Assembly: GCA_963785305.1 (NCBI GenBank)
Contig: CAWAUV010000007.1
Location: 192,001 to 256,000 of the forward strand
Direction of reading: 5' to 3'
Source of the DNA: an uncultured Planctomycetaceae bacterium
Lineage (GTDB): Bacteria > Planctomycetota > Planctomycetia > Pirellulales > PALSA-1355
Length of the DNA: 64,000 bases
Shown here: positions 31,728 through 40,322 of the stretch, piece after piece
How the letters are laid out: each line of letters starts with the position of its first letter
Position numbering within the stretch: the stretch's first letter is position 1
Position numbers and translations under genes: made by a program
Notes under the pieces: model-generated
Told to the model about the DNA's origin: nothing
Databases searched by the model: none
The model's input: the letters and a program-made list of their open reading frames with translations, nothing else

Positions 31728-33640
31728 CCTTAAACAAGCGTACGCGGTTGCGTTTTGCGCCGGTTTCGCGCGGCTGGCGGTGCGCGCGGCGTGAGCGGGC
31801 GGCGCCGGCGGGCGCGCTACTCTCGGCGGCGGGTTTTTGTTTGGCATTGGCGGTTGGCTTTCCTGGTTCGGCGTGGCGGCGGACCGGAGCGTCCGGACTC
31901 CGGCTTCAATTGATCGGCGTCAACATCGCAGGCCGTCCAGCCAGCGAAACAACACGACTTGCCAGCGATTCCAACCCAACAAACGATAGATCAATCTTCG
32001 CCCGCCACGCACGATTTGACATGGCATCCGAATGAAAGCGTTGCGGAATGTCTTGAACTCCATCTTGAGCACCGTCTTCTTTTCCTCGCGCCGCGCTTCT
32101 TGTTCGCGGCCCGGCGGCTCGGGCAAGAGCAAGGCCCACCACGCCTTCAGGTTCCAGGCCAGCGAGACCATCACCATGTAGGCCCAGTTGCTCACCAAGT
32201 TGTCGACCGGCGCGTGCAAGGCGCGCACCGCGCCTTTAAGCTGCGCGTTCAGGTTCTCTTGATCGCAGCGGTCGTTCGCCTCGAACACCACTTCGGCCGG
32301 CGTGAGCTCGCGATCGTTCGTCAAGTAGAAGAAGTAGCGATAGCTGGAAAACAGCGTCCGCTGACCTTGGTGCTCGTCGATCCACTTGCGCACCACCACC
32401 AGGCGATACACCTTCTTGCACGCCGTGGGTCGATAATCAAACTCGGCGACCTCTTCGCCCACCAGCCGCAGGTTCTTGAATTCCCGCTCGCGCACGATGC
32501 CTTCCTTAACATTGGTCGGCCGTGCGCGGTGCTTCGTCTTCACGGCATAACGCGGCGCGCGCTCGAGCGGTTGCCAGGACTTGTCCTTCAAGTCGTCGGC
32601 CAAAAGCTGCAATTTCAGCTTGGCGTCCATGCCGAACACGAATCGCACGCGCGGGTCGTCCGTCCAGCGGTCCAGATGCGTCGTCTGCGAGAAGTCGGTG
32701 TCGCCGCGGAGCAACACCTTGCGAAAGCCGCCGGCGAAGCAGACTTCCAGCGCGCGATCGACTTCGGCCGCCGCCCCTTCGTGGCTGGGCCGGTTGCCCG
32801 AGCGGTTGACGATCGAGAACACTTCGCCCGTGTTGGCCAGCGACACGACCAGCGGATGATAGCCCCACTCGCCCTTGTGGGAGATGTCCATGCCCTCCTT
32901 GCACTGGCCGCCGGTGGGCGCGAACACGCCGTCCATGTCGATGCGGGCTTGGGCGAAGAACTCGGCGGGCTGGCGAGCCCAAGCTTTATGTCGTGTTTCG
33001 TGGAAAGCTTCTTGCAGCGCGCGCACGTCGCTCGGCTTGAAACGTCGGCAGAAGTCGCCCGCCGTGGTCGGATCGGGCACGCGCCGGGCGCCGAGCGCGT
33101 CGAGATAGACTTCGTCGTTGCGGCGCAGTTCGAGGTCTTCCAAGCAATCGCCGTCGCACAAGGCGTTGAACGCTAGGTTGAGCACATGATCGCTCTCATG
33201 ATATGGCAGATGCACCTTGAGCAGAATGCAATCGCCGATCGATCGCTTCGGCCAGCCCCAGTTCTTGGACCAGCAACCGCATCGCGCCCAAGCCGCCATA
33301 AGCCATGCCTTGCGCGCACTCCGCAAGCTCATACTTGATATTGCCGGGCCGCATGATCGGGCGTCGCAACCCTCGCAGTTGTGCTTGTCGATGCGCCGCT
33401 CGACCCGCCGCTTGCATGCGGCGAGACGTCGGCGTATCTTGGCCCGTGTTCTTCGGCCCTTGGCCTGCGCCCTCTGACGCTTGGCCCGCGCTCTTTGGTT
33501 CTTGGCTTTCACTCGAAATCCCTCGGTGGCCGTGGTGTTCGTGACTGGCAAAAAACACAGAATACCGCAAATCCGCCGAGGGATTTCGCTTTTTCCAAAA
33601 ACCTCCCCGCCCACGCCCTCAAAGGGATACTGGTTTAGAA
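31728..33640 (-). mobile_element. IS1380-family insertion sequence
   Basis: Transposase ORF with imperfect ends CCTTAAAC.../...GGTTTAG; boundaries approximate. Confidence 0.75.
31920..33512 (-). CDS. IS1380-family DDE transposase (compensating frameshifts near 33225-33365)
   Basis: PYHESDHVL, PDPTTAGDFCRRF, IDMDG, GYHPL, LRGDTDF, RCDQEN, NWAYM motifs. Confidence 0.88.
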   Translation of the reverse strand: MKAKNQRARAKRQRAQAKGRRTRAKIRRRLAACKRRVERRIDKHNCEGCDARSCGPAISSMSLRSARKAWLMAAWARCGCWSKNWGWPKRSIGDCILLKVHLPYHESDHVLNLAFNALCDGDCLEDLELRRNDEVYLDALGARRVPDPTTAGDFCRRFKPSDVRALQEAFHETRHKAWARQPAEFFAQARIDMDGVFAPTGGQCKEGMDISHKGEWGYHPLVVSLANTGEVFSIVNRSGNRPSHEGAAAEVDRALEVCFAGGFRKVLLRGDTDFSQTTHLDRWTDDPRVRFVFGMDAKLKLQLLADDLKDKSWQPLERAPRYAVKTKHRARPTNVKEGIVREREFKNLRLVGEEVAEFDYRPTACKKVYRLVVVRKWIDEHQGQRTLFSSYRYFFYLTNDRELTPAEVVFEANDRCDQENLNAQLKGAVRALHAPVDNLVSNWAYMVMVSLAWNLKAWWALLLPEPPGREQEARREEKKTVLKMEFKTFRNAFIRMPCQIVRGGRRLIYRLLGWNRWQVVLFRWLDGLRC

Positions 33641-33641
33641 G

Positions 33642-33721
33642 CTAGTGCGGCATCAAGTCTTGATTTGTGGGTAGAGGCGTTTCAGTTTCGTGCGGGCATT
33701 TTCGATGCGGAACTGCCAATC
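33642..33721 (-). mobile_element. 3' remnant of an IS630-family element
   Basis: Reads DWQFRIENARTKLKRLYPQIKT* followed by a ...CACTAG end; cut by IS66. Confidence 0.75.
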
Positions 33722-34895
33722 GTAACTGTTAAGCCGTGGCGTGGCCTGGGCGTGGGGGGGCGGTGGCGATATTGGCGGGGATCGCGGGCGAGGGGTTTCC
33801 GGGGATGGGTCGCGTGGCGGATGTTTTAACTGCTATTGGTGATCGGCAGCGGCAGGGTCTTGCCTTGCAATTTAGCGCGCACGACTTCGATTCCATACCT
33901 TGCGAAGCTCAAACCGTTTTTCGCGCCGGTCGCGATCACGCTCTTGATTCGGGCGAACGCCGCCGCGCTCCATTCGGTCCGATGCGTGCCGCCATCATTC
34001 CTCGCCGCCGCCAGGCTTCGGATGTCGCGTTCGGTTCCGTTGTTGTCGGCCGGAACATTCGCATCGTCGAGGAAGGTGAACAATTCGTCCGAGTGCTTGA
34101 ACAGCCGGCGCCAGATTCGCAAACATTCGCGATGCCGCACGCGCGTTCTCGAGCATCAACGTGTCGAAACGGTTTTGAATCTCGTGTCGGGCCGCGTTGA
34201 AAGCTTTTTTGCCGAGCGACTTGCGCTCGTGGCCCAACCGGATCGCGTCTTGAAACAGCGTGATCAACGGCTGGATGAAGGCCCGCACGCTCGCCGCCGG
34301 CAACGTCTCGCGCAGCTTGTGCAACTCGCGAAGCAAATGGACCAAGCAGCGCTGTTTGCGGCAGTCGAGCCCGTTGTAGACCGCATAAAAATCGCTGACC
34401 AGCGTGCCCGCGAACGATGTGCCCAACGCTCGCTCGAGCACGGCCCGATTGCGATGACCATTCGAGCTTGGGCTCTGGAATCTCCGCCATCTCATGGTCT
34501 TCGAACTCGCCGGTGGCGGTCAGATCGCGGCCGCCGCAATGCGGACACTCTCGCGGATGCACGTCATGTTCGATGAATACTATGTATTTCGATATGCGAT
34601 GGGCCGGGCGGCGGCTCTGGACGAAAGCTGCCCGGATGTTTGCGAAACTGCTTGCGGCGGCGATCCTGTTCGCCACGCCGCGCATCGGCGGCCGAGCGGG
34701 TTTTCTTGCGCCGCTGCAAAAACTTTTGGACTTGCTGTTCGAGTTGCTCGACGCGCTTGCGCAGCGTTCCGTTCTCCGCCTGCAACCGGGCGATTTCCGC
34801 TTCCAACTCGGCGATCCGTCGATCTCGATCATCCATGATCCAATCAATGTGACCGAAAACCCAATTTCGGGAAAGAGGAAATGCTTAACAGTTAC
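33722..34895 (-). mobile_element. IS66-family element, internally deleted, copy 1
   Basis: 13-bp terminal inverted repeats GTAACTGTTAAGC/GCTTAACAGTTAC; TnpC motifs LVSDFYAVY, QRCLVHLLR, DNNGTERDIR. Confidence 0.9.
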
Positions 34896-35020
34896 GCACC
34901 GAGCACGTGCTCGAAGGCTTCGTAATGCGCGTCGTTGCGGAATATCTTGGCCCGGGAAGTCGCTCGATTCAGGGCATGGTAGACGCCGCCAGCTTCGTCG
35001 GCTCGTGGTGGTTGTGGCAT
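34896..35020 (-). pseudogene. N-terminal fragment of a REP-associated tyrosine transposase (RAYT, IS200-like Y1)
   Basis: MPQPPRADEAGGVYHALNRATSRAKIFRNDAHYEAFEHVLG, truncated at the IS66 end. Confidence 0.75.
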
Positions 35021-35061
35021 GGCCGCCAGCCTACCAACAACCGCCAGCAAAATCAATGAAT

Positions 35062-36997
35062 ATCGCGGTAGGGATGGCCCTTTCGGGCCACCCCCCGCAC
35101 AGATCCGTACGTGCGGAACTACCGCATACGGCTCCTACCTTGGATACAAACGACCAAACCGCACTTCGGGATAAGGATGCAGGATTTTCGGGGTGGGAAG
35201 CCATCGTTTGCAAAGCTGCGAGAACTTCCGCCAGGTCATCCGGCGTCCGCGTTGGCTGCGTCGCCGCAGCATGCGGAGCCAGAGTTTCTGGAGCGCCGTG
35301 CGGAATTGTTGCAATCGCACCGAGTTGCCGGGAATCGCATGGTAATTGAGCCATCCCCGGTAAACGCTCGATATCCATGGCCCGACTTGCGCCAAGTCCA
35401 TGTGCATTTTCCCGCGCAGCGCTTCTTTCAGTTCGCGCAGTTTGCCACGAAACTTCTTGGCCGATGAGATGCGGCGAATGGTGAATTCGCCCTTCCGGGT
35501 CACGCCACTGATGTGGGTGAAGCCCAGGAAGTCGAATGTCTCCGGTGGGCCATCGCCACGCTTCGATCGTCGTTCGGCCGCATAGCGTCCGAACTCGATC
35601 AGCCGCGTCTTCTCCGGGTGCGGTTCCAAACCGAATTTGGTGAAGCGTTCCCGGAGCGCCGCCAGGCAGCGTCGCGCGTCGGACTCCTCGCGGAATCCGA
35701 CTACGAAATCGTCCGCATAGCGCACGATGATGACCTCGCCCACGGCATGGCGTTTCCGCCACGCCACCAGCCACAGGTCCAGAACATAGTGCAAGAACAC
35801 GTTCGAATAGAGCGGCGAAATCACCGCTCCTTGAGGTGTTCCCACGGTGCTCGGGGACCATTCGCCATCTTCCGACACTCCGGCTCGAAGCCATTTCTTC
35901 AGCAGCCGAAGCAGTCGTCGGTCGGCGATCCGATGCTCCAGGAACTTCATCAACCATGCGTGGTCGATGTTGTCGAAGAAGCCGCGGATGTCCGCATCCA
36001 AAATCCAGTTCACTTTCCGCTTCTTGATGCCCACGTAGAGCGCGTCCAAGGCTCGGTGACAGCTTCGTCCAGGACGAAAGCCGTAACTGAAACCCAGAAA
36101 GTCCTCTTCGTAGATGCACTCCAGGATCGTCCGTACGGCTTGCTGGACGATCTTGTCCTCCAGCGCCGCGATCCCGAGGGGCCGCGGCTTGCCGTCGAGC
36201 TTGGGAATCCAAGTTCGCTTGGACGGCCTGGCTCGATAGGCTCCCCGATGGATTCGACTGTGCGGATCGTCGATCCGCGTTTCGAAATCGGTGGCGTATT
36301 GAGCCCATGTCAGGCCATCGACGCCGGGCGCGGCTTGCTTCTTCAGGTCGAAGAAACTCGCCACCAGCAGTTCGGGCGTGACATGGTTCAGCAGATTGTT
36401 GAACCGCATCTTCTTGTCGCGTTGTGCCGCTTCTCGCACGCCCAGCAGTCCGCGCGACCTGGGAGCCCGGCGCTGTGTCCGGTCCAGTAGCGACTGCTCG
36501 GCGTTCTCCTCGGTCAGCTCCCTTCCCTCCACGGGCTCCGCCGACAGCGGCACGCTGTCGTTGTTCGCCTGCTTCTTTGGTACTATGGAACTGTCTGACT
36601 CCCCGGGAACGTGCATGTCGGACTTGTGGCCTCGCGCCTTCTCCGACCGATCCGCTTCCGGTGAAACGGATGTTCCCGGGATCTCCCGGCTTCCGCGAGA
36701 AAAGTTTCCGGCCGTGCGGGTGGTCCCGGACTCCGTGGGGGAGACGTCGGACTCGCCATGATCGTTCGACATCACTGTTGCCTTCCCGCATGAATCGAGC
36801 GACGGGGTCAGGACAAGGTCGGCCGCCACAAAAGAATGTTTTCGGAGCTCGATACACCGCCCGGCCGTACCTCTGTGAACGCTTCGCCCTGCCAGTTGCC
36901 CGACACGACGCATCACTCGAGGCCGAGGTGGCTGGCTAGGCCTTGCCTCGTGCGACTCTTTCATTCGCGACTCTCCTCCGGCTTCGCGCCGGCGCAC
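35062..36997 (-). mobile_element. Group II intron, copy A (probably bacterial class E)
   Basis: 5' GTGCG; domain V GAGCCGTATGCGGTAGTTCCGCACGTACGGATC; domain VI ending CCTACCGCGAT; RT ORF inside. Confidence 0.92.
35135..36616 (-). CDS. ltrA: Group II intron reverse transcriptase/maturase, no endonuclease domain
   Basis: APGVDG, RPLGI, SYGFRPGR, DIRGFFDNI, GTPQGAVISP, RYADD, FDFLGF. Confidence 0.95.
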   Translation of the reverse strand: MHVPGESDSSIVPKKQANNDSVPLSAEPVEGRELTEENAEQSLLDRTQRRAPRSRGLLGVREAAQRDKKMRFNNLLNHVTPELLVASFFDLKKQAAPGVDGLTWAQYATDFETRIDDPHSRIHRGAYRARPSKRTWIPKLDGKPRPLGIAALEDKIVQQAVRTILECIYEEDFLGFSYGFRPGRSCHRALDALYVGIKKRKVNWILDADIRGFFDNIDHAWLMKFLEHRIADRRLLRLLKKWLRAGVSEDGEWSPSTVGTPQGAVISPLYSNVFLHYVLDLWLVAWRKRHAVGEVIIVRYADDFVVGFREESDARRCLAALRERFTKFGLEPHPEKTRLIEFGRYAAERRSKRGDGPPETFDFLGFTHISGVTRKGEFTIRRISSAKKFRGKLRELKEALRGKMHMDLAQVGPWISSVYRGWLNYHAIPGNSVRLQQFRTALQKLWLRMLRRRSQRGRRMTWRKFSQLCKRWLPTPKILHPYPEVRFGRLYPR

Positions 36998-37016
36998 CCT
37001 GACCCCTTTGATTTCT

Positions 37017-37573
37017 CCCGGGGTCCAGACGCCGCCGGTCAGGCGGTATTGACTCAGAATGTTTCCATGAACGCCGGGGGCTTGGGTGTACTCCGCTTGG
37101 ATGGCGCCGGCGGCGTTCGTCTCGGCCAGATACGCTTGGCCGTCCCAGACGAACAGCGTCACACCGCTCGGGCCGCCCGGCACGGTCTCGAACTCGAAAC
37201 GCAGACCATCTCCATTATATGTGGCCCCGGTGACGGCGCCACTGGGCAGATAGCTCACGGCCAGCTGGTTCTCGTCGGTCCAGTAATTGGTCGTGATTTG
37301 GTCGCTGGGTGCGAGAATACCTTGCAAGTTGCCGGCTAGATCGTAGGTGTAGGTGGTGACCCCGGCGCTCGACACGCTCGTTTTCAACTGATTCGCGGCG
37401 TCGTAGGTCGAGGTGGTCAAGGCGCCGCTGTCGTTCTTGAGCGAGCGGTTGCCGACCGGATCGTAGGTATACGTCGTGCCATACAAAACCCCATAGCCCG
37501 ACAAGGTAAACTCCCGCCACTGGGCCAAGGTAAAACTCGACCACTGGGCCAAGGTGAAATCGACCCAGTCCAT
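37017..37573 (-). pseudogene. Orphan RHS/YD-repeat fragment
   Basis: TYTYDPVGNR, TYDAANQL, TYTYDLAGNL; homologous to 39480-40070; ends at GGVWTP, before the RHS core end. Confidence 0.85.
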
Positions 37574-37577
37574 CGAG

Positions 37578-38457
37578 TTATTTTTGTATCGAACCTTTCA
37601 GCAAGGCGCGAAGGTCATCTTTTCCGATGTCTTTCGGAATATCAATTACCCGCCCATCCGCCCGCACTGCCCTGACCACCGATGGATGCCGCGAATTCAG
37701 CTTTCCCGGGCCGAATGGAGTGTCGGAGTTTAATATATCTTCGATATCGATGTCTTTCGGTTCACCAAATTCGACATGACATCCGGTGGACTCAACAATC
37801 AGTACTGCATCGTCTGGCAAATGCACTGGCTTGCTTCCTATCGCCATTGGCTTTCGGATTAGCATAAGATACGACGTATATGGATAGTTCGACTTTCGCG
37901 GTTTTCAAAAGTTCCGATAGCCCGATTCGTCGTGGTTTCTCCGATTTCGGCGCGTTTCCGGCAACCTTCGGCCTCTCGGTAACATGCAAAAATTGGCAGT
38001 TCGGCCGTCAAACTGTGCAAAACCCACGAGAAATCGGCGATTCGAGTGCTAGCAAAAAACGCGAAACTTGAGGATAGTCAACCTTGTCTGATTCTTGCCG
38101 GCAAGTCAATCTGCCCGGAGTCCAGTTTAAAAACTGCTTTCGATTGTGAGGGCTGTCCCAGGGCTCATTCCGACGATAAATAAATCGCGATGAAGCGCGA
38201 ATGAGGTACGGAGCTATTAAGCACCGCCAACTAACTTCGATGCCCTCCGGTCCGGAGATGGCAGGCGGCAATGTACCGTTTTCGCGTCGGAATTCAACAA
38301 TCGCCAAGCCGACATTCTTGAGTGTGCCCCAGCAGGCTTCGTCGGGCGGAGCCTCACGAGCCGAGCCGTTCGCGCATCCCAAGCAATTGCTTAACGCGAT
38401 TGCGAACATCAACACCAAGGTAAATGTCACGCCGTAGCGGTCAGTCATTCGACGCAT
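37578..38457 (-). pseudogene. DUF1559-like exported protein (putative immunity gene) interrupted by a MITE
   Basis: Signal-like leader, CWGTLKNVGLAI...LPP...SWR.LIAPYL...EPWDSPHN; the frame is restored when 37888-38072 plus one TSD is removed. Confidence 0.7.
37888..38072. mobile_element. 185-bp MITE with 5-bp target duplication
   Basis: Ends TTCGACTTTCGCG / CGCGAAACTTGAG; GATAG at 37883-37887 and 38073-38077. Confidence 0.85.
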
Positions 38458-38468
38458 TCTCGTATTCA

Positions 38469-40300
38469 CTACCACTGGTAATCCTTCAGTTGAGGAAGCC
38501 CTGACGGTGGATAATAATAGCCGCTCATGCCCGCAGGTGTCCCCGTATCGTTTCCATACCCCAGAAAATTGTGCGACCAATGTCCGCGTTCATATCCAGC
38601 GCCAGTGTAGTTGTAAACCGCTGGCGATGCTGCCCACCATGGATCGAGATACGCAGTGCATTTTCCAATCGGTGCGCGGCGAGTTTCTTGACCATTGTCC
38701 CCCTGTTTCTCTGCTGAGATTGCAATCCAGTTATGCTGGAGCGTTGTGCTCGTGCCGTTCGCGGTAACGGAACCGACCCGATCTATTTCAAAGCACTTGC
38801 CTTTCCTAACAATCGACTTGACCGCATTGAATGTAATCGTCTGCCATTGGTAGCACAGCCGACCCGCTCGATAATCATCGCGGACCACGATCCGAGGAAT
38901 GCTCCAGCTTCTTTCCTTATAATAGGCATCCACATAGGCGTTTGCAATTTCCGCCGATTCAGCCATGCATTCAGCTTGCGAGCAAGTCAGACTGGCACAG
39001 CCGCAGAGGGCCTCCAAGCCTAATTGCGCTCGCCCTCTAATTGTACGGGAAAGGCGTAAGAAACGATCGCCGAGCCCCATTTGTCGAAGCGCATTTTCGT
39101 AATTTGCTTCAGATGTTCCGGCTGGCGGCGACAATGGGTCATATGGAGAAGATTCCTGTAGTCCCCTTGGATCGATATGGAATGATGGGTTGTTCAACAC
39201 ATACCGATACAAATCCCCATCTCCGCCCGCGAATCCAATTGGGTCCGCGCTCCACCACCTAGCCGTTACCGGATCGTAGATTCTGGCGCGAATGTAGACG
39301 TTTCCGGTGTCGGGATCGTAGTAGTATCCGACATTCCCGACCCAGCGGGAGGGATTGACGGTCGAACCGGTGACGAGGAGTGGTTCTCCGAAGGCCTTGT
39401 AGACGTATCGGTCGGTGACGTTCGAATCGCTGTCGGTCAGCACGAGGGTCGAGCCCAGGCGGTCGTTGACGTGGTAGCGCGGGGTCCAGACTCCGCCGAT
39501 CAGGCGGCGCTGGCTGACCAGTTGGCCATACGGGGCCGGGACTTGCGTTTGATGGACACTGACCGGCTGCGGGTGATCGATCCGCGTGGACTGCGTGTAT
39601 TCGACTTGCGTGTTCCCGGCGCCGTCGGTTTCGGCCAGATAGGCTTGGCCGTCCCACACGAATTTGGTCACGCCGCTTGAATCTTGCAACTCGTAGCGCA
39701 GGCCATCTCCATTGTAGATGGCCGTGTTGATAATGCCGCTTGGCAAGAGGACCTGCGAGAGACGGTTTTCGTCGTTCCAGACGTTGGTCGTGATCTGGCC
39801 CGTTGGCGCGAGCGTGAGATGCAAGTTGCCGGCGAGGTCATATGTGTACGTCGTGACGCCGGCGCTCGACACGCTGTTTTTGAGTTGGTTGGCGGCGTCG
39901 TAGGTCGAGGTGGTGAGCGCGCCGCTATCGTTCTTGAGCAGGCGATTGCCGAGCGCGTCGTAGGTGTAGGTCGTGCTGTAGAGATAGCCAAATGTGTCGA
40001 GCGTGAAGGCTTGCCATTGGGCCAGCGTAAAGCTTGACCATTCGCCCAGCGTGAAGTTGTACCAATCGATCGAGTAGGCGCCGGTCTCCGCGATCAACTG
40101 GTTCGCGGCGTCGTAAGCGTAGGTCGCGACATTTTGGAGGCCGCCGAAGCCGGCGGCGGAGCGCAGGTTTCCCGCGGTGTCGTAGGTATAGGTGACGCCG
40201 CATAGCGCGTCCGCGGCGTAAAAAAATTGCTCGATCAGCCGGCCGCCAGAGGTATCGTAGCCGACGTCGACACCGTTCGCTGTTTGCTTGCCGACCAGCG
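38469..40300 (-). CDS. 5'-truncated RHS protein with core and C-terminal toxin domain
   Basis: YD repeats, DRLGS, ARIYDP..ARWWSADPIG, YVLNNP..IDPRGL junction, lower-GC CT; no genuine start (frame begins at the REP-like motif). Confidence 0.88.
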
Positions 40301-40322
40301 TGGAGAATTCTAAGGGGTCAGG

